A DNA stretch of 64,000 nt from Mobula hypostoma (taxonomy: Eukaryota): positions 30,070,001 to 30,134,000 of the forward strand of contig NC_086101.1 in the NCBI RefSeq assembly GCF_963921235.1. Direction: 5' to 3'. The notes under the pieces were generated by a model, which made no database searches, had not been told where the DNA came from, and saw only the letters and a list, made by a program, of their open reading frames with translations. Shown one piece after another: positions 50,200-62,499 of the stretch. The position numbers and the translations under genes were made by a program. Numbering within the stretch: the stretch's first letter is position 1; each line of letters starts with the position of its first letter.

Positions 50200-51225
50200 G
50201 CCCGTCGCCACACCAGGGATAAAGTTCCTCTTGTTGTCACCCACCACCCACAAGTCTCAGCATCCAGTAAATAATTCTCTGTAACTTCTGCCAACTCCAA
50301 TGGGATCCCACTATCAAGCACATCTTTCCCTCACCCCCACTTTCCATTCTCCACAAGGATCGCTCCCGTTGTGACTCCTTTGTCCACTCGTCCCTCCCCG
50401 ATGATCTCCTTCCTGGCACATATCCTGCAAGCAGAAAAATGTCACGCCTGCTCCTACACTTCCTCATTCACTACCATTCAAGGCCCTAAACAGTCCTCTC
50501 AGGAGAGGCAACACTTCACCTGCATGTCAATTGCGATCATCTACTGTACTTGGTACTCCTAGTGTGGCATCCTGTATACCAGTGAGATCCAATGTAAATT
50601 GGGAGACTGCTTTATAAAGAATATTCACTCCATCTGCCACAAAAAGTGGGATTTCCCGGTGGTCACGTATTTCAATTCTACATCCCAGTCCCATTCTGAC
50701 ATGTCAGTCCATGGCCTCCTCTACTCCACAATGAGACCACACTCAGGTTGGAGGAGCAAAACTTTATATTCCGTCTGGCTTGCTTCCAACCTGATGGCCT
50801 GAACATTCATTTCTCAAACCTCTGGTAATTTGCCCACCTCCTCCCCTTCACCATTCCCCATTCTTGTTTCTCTCTCACACCTTTTCTTCTTACCTGTTCA
50901 TCACCTCCCTCTGGTGCTCCTCCTCTTCCCTTTTTTCCATGGTCTTCTGTGCTCTCCTATCAGATTCCCCCTTCTCCAGCCCTTTATCTATTTCACCAAT
51001 CAACTTCCCAGCTCTTTTTACTTTACCCACTCCCTCTTTCTTGGTTTTACCTATCACTTGCTACCTTGTACTACCTCCCCTCCCTCTAACTTCTTATTCT
51101 GATTCCTTTCCCCTTCCTTTCCAGACCTGATGAAGGGTCTCAGCCTGTAACATCAACTACTGACTCTGTTCCATCCACGCTGCCTGGTCTGCAGAGTTCA
51201 CTCAGCATTTTCTGTGTGTTGCTTA
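50200..51225 (+). mobile_element. Decayed Penelope-like element
   Basis: TTIQGPKQS..RQHFTC...IIYC and VVTYFNSTSQSHSDMSVHGLLY; mutated hammerhead (GTAA in place of GAAA) at ~51122-51158. Confidence 0.85.
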
Positions 51226-51414
51226 AAATTATGCACGCCTAGATCGGTAAACAGGTTGTCCTAATCTCTTCAGACCAATGGCAATGACATTTTGTAAAGG
51301 AATCAGATAATATCAGAGGAATATGTTCATTACCTGAATGGTGATAAATGATTGTAACTTACTTCTGAAATGAGTGAGAAATGTATGATAACAGACTGAG
51401 ATATAATCCACTGG

Positions 51415-51950
51415 GCAGAACATAGAAATCTACAGCACATTACATGCCATAGAATTTCCCTAGCGCAAAGCCATCTATTTTATTCAGCTCCATATACCTA
51501 CCTGAGAGGCTCTTAAAAGACCATGTTGCATCTGCTTCCACCACCACTGCCAGCAGTGCATTCCACATACCCACCACTCTCTGTGCAAAAAACTTACCCC
51601 TGGCATCCACTCGGTACCCATTCTGTAAGCACCTTGAAACTTTGTCCCCTCATATTTGCCATTTCAGCCCTGGGAAAAAGCCTCGGGCTATCCATACAAT
51701 CTTCATCTTATACACCTCTATCAGGTGAAGTTCACTCAACCTATTTGCATAAGGTATGCCCTCTAATGCAGGCAACATCCTTGTAAATCTCCTCTGAACT
51801 CTCTCTATGGTATCTACATCCTTCCTGTATTGGGTGACCAGAAGTGACCACAGTATGCCAAGTCACATTATCTCACAGCTCTTGAATTCATTCCCACGGT
51901 TGATGAATGACAGCAGACCATATGCCTTCCTAACAACACTGTCAACCTGC
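51415..51950 (-). mobile_element. CR1 3' fragment
   Basis: Reverse CR1 3' end starting GAACATAGAAATCTACAGCAC. Confidence 0.8.
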
Positions 51951-51959
51951 GCAGCAACA

Positions 51960-53030
51960 TTCTAAATGATGACAGTAAAATTTTATCAGGATATGTCTTG
52001 AGATGTTAAGTTTCATAAATTAGTGTAGGAAGAACACTCTCTGCTGGGCTTTCCCGGTGAGGAGTGTGATGTGCTTGTCCCACATCAATGTGTTGGCATT
52101 AGTAGTCCCCAAGAATTTGAATGATTCGATCACAGACAATGCCTGACAATTAATTTCCAAGGGTAGAGGGTAGGTTGGGGGATGTTGTCTGAAGTTAATT
52201 CTCATTTCCACTGTCTTGAACATATTAAGCTCCAAGTTGTTATGAACATACCATTCTGCAAGAAGGTCTACTTCTCTTTGATAGCAGATCACATCATTAT
52301 TAGAGATAAGACCAATTACAGTCATGTGATCTGCAAACTTTAGGATTTTAATGGATTTGTCTATGGATGTACCTTCATTTATATGAAGTGAGAACAGGAG
52401 AGGTAAAAGAACACAACCTTGGGGAGAGCTTGTGCAAGTTTGTAATCCACTGACAGATACTGTAGAGTACAGCTAGCTGCGTTAGTTTGCTGTGGAGCAA
52501 CTCTGGAACAAAAATGTTGAAGGTGGAGTTAAAATCCACAAACAAGATCCTCATAGAGGTGACAGGAGGAATCCAAATGTTGAAGAATGTAATGAAGGCA
52601 CAAATTAGCTGCATCCTCAACTGAGCAATTTGCTCTAAAGCAAACTGTAGCGGGTTAATAAGAGAATCAATAATGGACTTACGGCAGGCCAACATCAGAC
52701 ATTCAAAGGTTTTCATATATTCTGAACTCAGAGTGACTGGCCTATAATCATGAAATCTAGTGATCTTGTCATACTTGGGAACGGGCATAATTGTAGCAAC
52801 TTGAAGGCAGTCCAAACTTTGCATAATTGCAGCGAGGTGTGAAGACCGATGCTAACAACAGGAATTCTGCAGATGCTGGAAATTCAACCAACACACATCA
52901 AAGTTGCTGGTGAACGCAGACCGATGCTGGTTGTTTGCACAGTGCTTTAGAGTAACTAGGTGAGACAGCATCAGGGCCCGCAGCTTTCTTAATGTTCTGT
53001 TTTCCAAATAGCTTGCAAACAATTCCTGCT
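51960..53030 (-). mobile_element. Rex1/Babar-type LINE RT fragment
   Basis: KKAAGPDAVS, HDYRPVTL...MKTFE, RILFVDFNSTFN and VEM.INFR...VIESFKFLGT on the - strand. Confidence 0.85.
52854..52917 (-). mobile_element. 64-bp Penelope terminus insertion with 11-bp TSD
   Basis: AGACCGATGCT at 52843-52853 and 52918-52928. The insert matches the tip of the 1102-2916 element. Confidence 0.9.
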
Positions 53031-53829
53031 TCACAGAAAGCATAGAAAGGGATGGAGGGAGGGGTCAAGAAGTGGAGGAGGGGAAGAGGCTGAAGAAGGT
53101 GAATGGGACTGGGGTGAAAGGGAATGGTGACATTGGAGTGGTTGTGAAAGGGTGTGGTTGTTGAGAAGAATAATGAATGATGCGGTAGAATGAAGATAAA
53201 AATAAAGATTAGATTTATTGTCACATGTATATTTGAAGATCAACACATCCAGTGAAATGTGTTGTTAGCATCAACAATCAACCTAGTCCAAATATGCGCT
53301 GGGGCATTTCAAAATTGTCATCATGATTCCTATGCCAACATAACATGGCCACAACTTACTAACTCTAACACATTTGTCTCTGCGACGTTGGAGGAAACAG
53401 AAGCACCTGGAGGAAGTCCATGCAGTCATGGGAAGAATGTACAGACTCCTTATAGAGAGCAGAGAGAATTGAACCCTATTCATCTGATCACTTACTGATC
53501 ATTAACTACTACACTGTCATGCTGTTGTTCTGGTGTGAAACATAGGGTGTGCAATTGCTCAGGATTAGGGGCACAGAGATTTCAAAACCTTCAAAAAAAT
53601 TCTTGAAGAGGTTACATAGCTGGGCAGAACAATAGGTAAGGGGGAATTTGTGCAGAAGTACATTACTTCAATGTGAAAATAGGTGTGTGTTGATTGGTAC
53701 TGAAGCTGTAGGCTGAAGAGCCTGTTTCCATGCTTTTGTTATGCATCTGTGACCCCACAAATACTTGGAGGGAATGAGCAAGGGATGAGAATCTGCCACT
53801 GTAACTTCACTAAATGACAGTGTAATGAT

Positions 53830-53960
53830 GCTGCCGATAGTCTGGCTGCTTCACAGCTCCAGCCACAGGGTTCAACAGTTGCCTGTATGGAGTTTTTACA
53901 CTTTTGTTGTGCATACATGGATTTCCCCTTGGGTTCTGACTTCTTCTCTATCCCAGGAAT
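53830..53960 (+). mobile_element. Decayed V-SINE/HE1-like SINE (another copy on - at ~53370-53480)
   Basis: GCTGCTTCACAGCTCCAG..CAGGGTTCAA head and TGTATGGAGTTTTTACAC...GGATTTCCCC block; family call from recall. Confidence 0.55.
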
Positions 53961-54138
53961 ATTCTGGCTATTAGGAGATCAGTCATTATAAATTACCCTT
54001 AATGCAGCTGACTGGTGGGAATTAGGGTTAATGTCATTGGCATATGTCATGAAATTCATTGGTTTGCAGCAGTAGTACAGTGCAATTCAAAGAAAATTAT
54101 ATCACAGTACATTATGATATATAAAAAAACCCATAAAT

Positions 54139-54272
54139 NNNNNNNNNNNNNNNNNNNNNNNNNNNNNNNNNNNNNNNNNNNNNNNNNNNNNNNNNNNNNN
54201 NNNNNNNNNNNNNNNNNNNNNNNNNNNNNNNNNNNNNNNNNNNNNNNNNNNNNNNNNNNNNNNNNNNNNNNN
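54139..54272. other. Assembly gap (134 N)
   Basis: Run of N. Confidence 0.99.
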
Positions 54273-56549
54273 AGTACCTTTGATTAGTTAACAGTATTAA
54301 TTAAACGGTAATTTTGCTTTTGGGGAGGTGGGGTCATTGCTTTGTTGCTGCTTACGTGTTGGAGGGGGGAGCTGGGTGGAGCTTTGGGGTTCTGACATTT
54401 AATTGTCATCCATTCTTTGAGGCACCCCTCTGTTTTTGTGGATGGTTGTGAAAAATATTTCAGGATGTATATTTTATACGTTACACTGACATTAAATGTA
54501 CCTTTGAAACCTTTGATATAAATTTAAATTAAGTTGTGCCTGAGGTGATCTCAGAGCCAGATTAGACTTGAAGGGTGAAATGATCCCTTCTCTGATGTAA
54601 AATCAGACAAATATTATCAGTGGGACCCTAGGAATTTTTAATTAAAATTGGGAATTCCTGATGAACTTTGGGAGTTTTACCCACAAAATTGTACATAAGG
54701 TAAGGTATGCAATGGCAAGTCAAAGTTATTGGGAAAGTTGCTGAGCAGGACCTAAATTTTGTGCATAATTTATGTGACTGCACAATATTTGGGGGCTGTA
54801 AATTGTGGCAAATATCATACCTCCTTGAGAAGAAAATAGTCATCCTACTGACCAGTACGTGTTTGGAGACCAGAGAGAACTTGTTCGTTGGCTGACCAGG
54901 CTACCTGGATGGCAGCAAATCACAAATGTGTATTTGCAGGTTGTGGTCATCATCTCATGCTCAATTATTGCCTTTTTTCTCTGTACAACATATGAGACGT
55001 TTCCTGTAGCAGTAATTCCTTCTATATGGACTTGATTAAGGCATTTAGCAAGGCTCACAAGAGCGACTAGGCAAAAGATGAGAATAGATGACCTACAGCA
55101 AGATAGCAAATTTAATCCCAAATCTGGTTTAGCAGAGAGTAATAGTGGATAGCTGTTTTTGTGGTTGGAAGCTTGTGACTAGTGGTGTACCATGGGCATG
55201 GTGCTGGGATCCGTATTATTCATCAATTAAGTTTGGCCACACAATGACCACTCTTTTCTTTTACTTTGCACTATAATGGACTTTATTCTTTCTTCTGTGT
55301 GTGATTTATGCTTAATTTATAATTTGATTGTGAATGCTACTAGATGGTGCTATGTACCAGTGATGCTGCTGCAGGTTCTGCATTACACATGTGCTTATGA
55401 CAATAAGCTCAACTTTGATTTTGACCGTGATTCAGCAGCTCTGTTATCTGCAACACTGTGTCCATATCTTGATTCGGGATGCTCTTACTCTTCAATTAGT
55501 GCGGAGCAAACATGGTTAATTTTGATATATAAAAGTCCCGAGTCAAGAGATACATCAGCTTTCATTGTCCCTTGCACTAGGAACAATGTTTTCAGTGCAT
55601 AGAGAATGTTTCAGGTGTTTTAAGAAAACTAATGCATACAGTACATACTCGTTTCATTTCTGTCGTTGTTGCACACCTCCACAATTTGATCTTGATATCA
55701 TGGAAAAGGTATAGGTTATAAAATTAAATCACAAATCACAGTGCATTTTCAAGGGTAGTTGCTACTTTTTTAACAACATAGTTTACTTGCAAAGATAGAC
55801 ACTCAACATCCAGGACATGTCCTCTTCTCATTATTACCAGCAGGGAGGAGTTAAAGGAGCCTCAGGATACGCATTCAACATTTTACGAACAGCTTCTTTC
55901 TCTCCATGATCAGATTTCTGAATGACCCACAACACATGAATACTACCTCACTATCTTGCTCTCTGTTTGTACGATTTATTCACATAAATATGTAATTTTA
56001 TATTTATTATTGTAATGTAGCAAGTTTTATGCATGACACTGTCCGCTGCTGCAAAACAACAAATTTCATTCATGTGTCACAGATAAATAAAAAAGATTTG
56101 ATTCTGATTCAGTGGCCTCTGTTGACATTTCCAGCCAAAACAAAAAAAAACCAAAGCATGAGTCAAGCCCTTCCTTTTGCTTGGATTCCCTTTCTTATTA
56201 TAATTTCTGTCAATTAATCTATGCTGCATGTGAACTCATAAATTGACGTTTGCTCTGCACTGTAATTTGACGCAATTTTGCTACTGAATTGACACTATAA
56301 ATTTTTCAACAGTTCAGTCTCTCCTTTATCTGTCTGGCAGAATTATCACTTCATTTCATGTAAATATGCTCAGCTTTCCCCTCATTCTAGCTCTGTTGCT
56401 CCTGGCTATTGAACTGTGTTTTAACTTTGCTAATTCCCCTGGCCTGACCTGTTGAGTATTTTCTGCATCCTTTATCATAATCATTGCTCTTTGGAAAGTC
56501 AATCACAGCAGTTTGAATGCAAAATAAATCAGGTCAACAAAAGGCATTG

Positions 56550-57830
56550 AAACATAGAAAACCTACAGCAAATTACAGGCCCTTTGGCCCACAAAGTTGT
56601 GCCGAATATGTCCCTACCTTAGAAGCTACTAGACATCCCCATTGCCCCCTATTTTTCTGAGCTCTATGTACCTATCTAAAAGTCTCTTAAAAGACCCTAT
56701 CATATCCGCCTCCACAAGTGTTGCTGGCAGCCCATTCCACACACTCACCACCCTCTAAGTGAAAATCATACCCCTGACATCTCCCCTGAACCTACTTCCA
56801 AGCCCCGTAAAACTATACCCTGTCATGCTAGCCATTTCAGTCCTGGGAAAAAGACTCTGACTATCCACATGATCAAAGCCTCTCATCATCTTATTCACCT
56901 CTATCAGGTCACCTCTTATGCTGCGCCACTCCAAGGAGAAAAGGCCGAGTTCACTCAATCTATTCTCATAAGGCATGCTCCCCAATCCAGGCAACATCCT
57001 TCTAAATCTCCTCTGCACCTTTTCTATGGCTTCCACATCCTTCCTGTAGTGAGGTGACCAGAACTGAGCACAGTACTCCACGTGTGGTCTGACCAGGGTC
57101 CTATATAGCAGCAACATTACCTCTTGGCTCCTAAATTAAATTCCATGATTAATGAAGGCCAATACACCGTATACCTTCTAAACCGCAGCGTCAGCCTGCA
57201 CAGCTGCCTTGAGTGTCCTATGGACTCAAACACTGAGATCCCTCTGATCCTCCACACTGCCAAGAGCCTTACAATTAATACTATATTCTGCCATCATATT
57301 TGACCTACCAAAATGAACCACTTCACATCTGGGTTGAACTCCATCTGCCATTTCTCAGCCCAGTTTTGCATCCTATCAATTTCCCGCTGCAACCTCTGAC
57401 AGCCCACCACACTATCCACAACACCTTGAACCTTTACATCATCAGCAAATTTACTAACACAGTCCTCCACTTCCTCATCCAGGTCACTTATAAAAATCAC
57501 GAAGAGTAAGGGTCCCAGAACAGATCCCTGAAGCACACCACTGGTCACTTACCTCCATGCAGAGTATGACCCGTCTACAACCACCCTTTGCCTTCTGTGG
57601 GCAAGCTAGTTCTGGATCCACAGAGCAATGTCCACTTGGATCCCATGCCTCCTTACTTTCTCAATAAGCCTTCCATGGGGTACCTTATCAAATCCCTTGC
57701 TGAAATCCATACACGCTACATCAATGGATCTACCTTCATCAATGTGTTTAGTCACATCCTCAAATAATTCAATCAGGTTCGTAAGGCACGACCTACCCTT
57801 GACAAAGCCATGCTGACTATTCCTAATCCC
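56550..57830 (-). mobile_element. CR1 RT to 3' end
   Basis: [31 protein letters not shown] and LVRPHVEYCAQFWSPH on the - strand; tail at ~56550. Confidence 0.92.
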
Positions 57831-58709
57831 TGTCACAGGCTGAGGTGGAGGCCAAATACTTGATTATATTTAAGTTAGAAGCTGATCATCTCCTGATCGG
57901 TCAGGGCATCAAGGATATGGCAAGAAGATAGGTGTATGGGGTTGGGTGGGATCCAGGATCAGCCATGGTGGAATGGCTGAACAGACTAAATGGGCTGAAT
58001 GGCCTAATTCTGCTCCTATGTCTTATGGTCTAAGTGCAGCACTGTGTTTGCATCACTCTCCAGCAGCTGTCTCCACTCTTTAGATCCCCCATTCCTCTCC
58101 TACTTAATCTGCCTCTCCATATATTTTTACTCTATCTGTCTGCATCCATTTGCCATTAACTTGATACAGTCTCCTAACTCTCTCCCCAATCCCCTTCACT
58201 TCCAAGCACCAAAGCCCATAAGACAAAGCATCAGAATTAAGCCATCATCATGGACCCCCACCGCCCAGGACATGCCCTGTTCTCAATGTTACCTACAGGA
58301 AGGAGGTATGGAAGCCTGATCACACCCACCCTGTGATTCAGGAACAGCTTCTTCCCCTCTGCCATCTGATTTCTAAATGGATATTGACCCTATCTCACTA
58401 TTTTTTTAATATCTGTATTTGCACTGATCAATTTAACTATTTAATATACAAATATATACTTAACATTTTCAGTTTTTTTTTTCTATGTTTATCATGTATT
58501 GCATTGTGCTGCTGTCATAAAGTTGACAAATTTCATTCCATATAACGGTGATATTAAACCTGATTCTGATTCTGAAAATGGATCCCAGGGTTGAATATGG
58601 CGACATATATGTACTTTGATAATGCTTCCTCCAAACACTTTTTAATAAAGTGAAGCCCACAACTTTTTAATGTTATGTTTTTTCAGTCAAATCGGTCAGA
58701 CTGTGGTTT

Positions 58710-59990
58710 CCCCCAGATGGCTACCATTGCTGGTCTACTATAAGCCTACGGACTCTCACAGCTAACCGGATTATTCCTCGTCCCACCCTGTCTCTTGTAA
58801 AAATACCATTACCTTCTCGCAATTCCTCCATCTTCGCCACATCTTCTCTCAGGATGAGGCTTTTCATTCCAGGACGAAGGAGATGTCCTCCTGTTTTAAA
58901 GAAAGGGGCTTCCCTTCCTCCACCATCAACTCTGCTCTCAAACGCATCTCTCCCATTTCACGCACATCTGCTCTCACCCCATCCTCCTACCACCCCACTA
59001 GGAATAGGGTTCCGCTTGTCCTCACCTAACAACCCACCAGCCTCCGGGTCCAACATATAATTCTCCGTAACTGCCGCACTTCCAACAGGATCCCACCACT
59101 AAGCACATTTTTCCCTCACCAACCCCCCCCCCAAGGCTTTCCGCAGGGATCGCTCCCTACATGACTCCCTTGTCCATTCGTCCCCCTCCATCCCTCCCCA
59201 CTGATCTCCCTCCCAGCACTTATCCTTATAAGTGGAACAAGTGCTAAACATGCCCTTACACTTCCTCCCTCACTACCATTCAAGGCCTCAGACAGTCCTT
59301 CTTGATGAGGCAACACTTCACCTGTGAGTCGGCTGGGGTGACATACTGTGTCTGGTGCTCTCGATGTGGCCTTCTATATTTTGGTGAGACCCGACATAGG
59401 CTGGGTACCGTTTCGCTGAACACCTACTCTCTGTCTGCCAGGAAAAGCAATATTTCCCAGTGGCCACACATTTTAATTTCATGTCCCATTCCTATTCTGA
59501 TATGTCTATCTATGGCCTCCTCTACTGTCAAGAAGAAGCCACACTCAGGTTGGAGGAACAACACCTTATATTCTGTCTGGGTAGCCTCCAACCTGATGGC
59601 ATGAACATTGACTTCTCTAACTTCAGTTAATGCCCCACCTCCCCTTCGTACCCCATCCCTCATTTATTTATGTATTTATTTATTTTCTCACTCTTTTTTC
59701 TCCCTCTGTCCCTCTAACTGTAGCTCCTTGCCCATCCTCTAGGTCTCCTGTTCCATGATCTTCTCCCTTCTCCAACCTTGTATCCCTTTTGCCAATCACC
59801 TGTCAAGCTCTTGGCTCCATCCCTCCCCGTCCTGTCTTCTCCCATCATTTCAGATCTCCCCCTCCCCCTCCCACTTTCAAATCTCTTACTAGCTCTTCTT
59901 TCAGTTAGTCCTGACGAAGGGTCTCGGCCTGAAACATCGACTTTATCTCTTCCTATAGATGCTGCCCGGCCTGCTGCGTTCACCAGGATT
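58710..59990 (+). mobile_element. Penelope-like element (RT C-terminus, GIY-YIG, 3' terminus), disrupted
   Basis: IPFSQFL.LR.I.SQDEAF remnant, RQHFTCESAGVTYCVWCSRCGLLYFGET and a hammerhead at 59906. Confidence 0.88.
59906..59943 (+). ncRNA. Degenerate Penelope hammerhead
   Basis: Core present, but GAAACGTC has become GAAACATC (CpG decay), destroying the ACGT palindrome. Confidence 0.55.
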
Positions 59991-60500
59991 CCACATTCAG
60001 TCAATCTAGGCCTTTCAATATTCAACAGGTTTCATTAGTATTCTCCCTCATTCTTCTAAACTTCACTGAGTACAGGCTTAGAGCCATCAGAGCCATCCAT
60101 TAACCCTTTCATTCCCAGAATCATTTTTGTGAATCTACTCTGGACCCTCTCCAGTGGCAACATATTTTTTCTTAGATAAGAGGCCTACAACCTCAATGAT
60201 GACCTCACACGAATGTGGGGAGGATGATGAGGATCAGACTGTGCAGCCTCAGAATAGAGGTTAGAAGAAAATTCTTCAACCAGAGAGCGGAATTCATTGC
60301 CATGGATGGTTGTGGAAGAAAAGTAATTGAGCGTATTTTAAATGGAATTTGATAGGTTCATGATTAGTCAGAGCATCAAAGTTTAAGGGAAGATGGAAGG
60401 AAAATGTGGTTGAGAGGGATAATAAATCAGCATGATGGAATGTCAGTGCAGACATGATGGTCCGACTCACCTAACTCTGCTCCTATTCCTTATGGTCTAA
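59991..60500. mobile_element. CR1 3' end with inverted 5' segment
   Basis: 59991-60210 is antisense CR1 ORF2 C-terminus and 60211-60500 is the sense continuation. GAATGTGG is present at both breakpoints. Confidence 0.7.
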
Positions 60501-60914
60501 TAAACTTCAACTGTTTTTTTGTTGTATCGAATGAAGCAACGGAGACTGAGGGAAGATCTGATAGAAGTTTATGTAATTATGAGAGACATAGAAACAGTGG
60601 GCAATGAATAAACTTTTTCCAAATTCATGCTGTCTAATATTGCCCTCTACAAAAAAAAACCCTGTCTCACACATCTCCTTTAAAATTAGCCTATTTCATT
60701 GGGCTAAGTTCAAAGCAGAGTTTTGTGGGATTTTAATGAAGACCACATAGACGGCACTAGATTAGGATACGACATGAGCCCTGAGGCGACTCCCCAACTG
60801 GTTGTATCACTGACATCTCAGGCATCTTTCAACTGTGCATGGCACAAAACAAAGTGGACGTAGTTGAATACTGATCTGGTTCAATTAGAAGAAAAAATAG
60901 TGGACAACCAACCA

Positions 60915-62190
60915 GCAATACACAGAAAAAATCCTGGTGAACGCATCAGGCCAGGCAGCATCTATAGGAAGAGATAAAGTTGACATTTCAGGCCAAGACC
61001 CTTCATCAGGACTAACTGAAAGAAGAAATAGTAAGAGATTTGAAAGTGGTTTCCCTTCTGCCATCATCGATCGTGGTTTCCCTTCTGCCGTCCTCAATGA
61101 TGCCCTCACCCGTATCTCCTCCATTCCCGCACTTCGGCCCTCACCCCATCCTCCCGCCACCACAGCAGGGTCAGAGTTCCCCTTGTCCTCACCTACCACC
61201 CCACCAGCCTCTGGATCCAGTACATTATCCTCCTCTACTTCCGCCACCTTCAACAGGACCCCACCACTAAGCACATCTTTGCCCCTCCACCCCTCTGTAC
61301 TTTCCACAGGGATCGGTCCCTCCATGACTCCCTGATCCACACGTCCCTTCCCACGGATCTCCCACCCGGCCATTATCCCTGTAAGCGTAAGTGCTACACC
61401 TGTCCCTACACCTCCACTCTTGCCACCATTCAGGGCCCCAAACAGTCCTTCCAGGTGAGGCAACACTTCACTTGTGAGTCTGTTGGGGTCATCTATTGCA
61501 TCCGGTGCTCCCGGTGCGGCCTCCTGTACGTCGGTGAAACCCGACGCAGATTGGGGGACCGCTTCGTCGAGCACCTCCGCTCCGTCCATCACAACAGACA
61601 GGACCTCCAGGTAGCCACCCATTTCAACTCTGCTTCCCATTCCCATTTGGATATGTCCATACATGGCATCCTCTACTGCCATGATGAGGCTAAACTCAGG
61701 TTGGAGGAGCAACATCTCATATACCATCTAGGTAGTCTCCAGCCTCTTGGTATGAACATTGAATTCTCCAACTTCCGGTAATTCCCTCCCCCTCCATTCC
61801 CCTGTCCCTATTTCACTTTGCCCCCTCCCCCAGCTGCCTATCACCTCCCTCATGGTTCCGCCTCCTTCTACTACCCATTGTGTTTTCCCCATTCCTTCTT
61901 CACCTTTCCTGTTTATCACCTGCCTGCTTCCCCTCCCTCACCCCTTTATCTTTCCCCTTACTGGTTTTTCACCTGGAACCTACCAGCCTTCTCCTTCCCA
62001 CCCCTCCCCCACCTTCTTTATAGGGCCTCTGCCCCTTCCCTCTTCAGTCCTGACGAAGGGTTCCGGCCCGAAACGTTGACTGATCGTTTCCACGGATGCT
62101 GCCCGACCTGGTGAGTTCCTCCAGCGTGTTGTGAGTGTTGCTTTGATCCCAGCGTCTGCAGAGTATTTTGTGTTCCCAACCTATCTAATC
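60915..62190 (+). mobile_element. Penelope-like element with an inverted terminus fused at its 5' junction
   Basis: 60915-61049 is an antisense terminus. 61046-62190 is sense RT tail plus an intact GIY-YIG frame (ORF 61455-61781) and the hammerhead at 62044. Confidence 0.88.
62044..62083 (+). ncRNA. Minimal type I hammerhead ribozyme (second Penelope subfamily)
   Basis: TCAGTC-CTGACGA-A-GGG ttccgg CCC-GAAAC-GTT-GACTGA. Perfect 6-bp stem I and 3-bp stem II; predicted cleavage after T62077. Confidence 0.75.
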
Positions 62191-62199
62191 CTTCTGTAG

Positions 62200-62375
62200 A
62201 CTCAAGCAACACACATCAAAGTTGCACGTGAACACAGCAGGCCAGGCAGCATCTCTAGGAAGAGGTACAGTTGATGTTTCAGACCGAAACCCTTCGTCAG
62301 GACTAACTGAGGAAAGAGTTAGTAAGAGATTTGAAAGTGGGAGGGGGAGGGGGAGATCCAAAATGATAGACTCCC
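62200..62375 (-). mobile_element. Penelope 3' terminus fragment
   Basis: Antisense terminus with a degenerate hammerhead at 62268-62305. Confidence 0.8.
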
Positions 62376-62499
62376 TGCTTCATCAGCACTACCTGCCCCT
62401 TCACTTATCTGTGCGTTATCTGTAAACGTGGGCACAAATGTGTCAATTGCATCATTCATATTGTTGATATACTACATAAAAATAAGTGGTCAGAATACA

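Noticed and set aside
54934-55035. TTTGCAG followed by a hydrophobic frame (VVVIISCSIIAFFLC)
   Set aside because: Adjacent to decayed CR1 sequence, short, with no gene context.
60885-61727. 280-aa ORF on the - strand, the longest in the track
   Set aside because: It is the antisense frame of the Penelope element.
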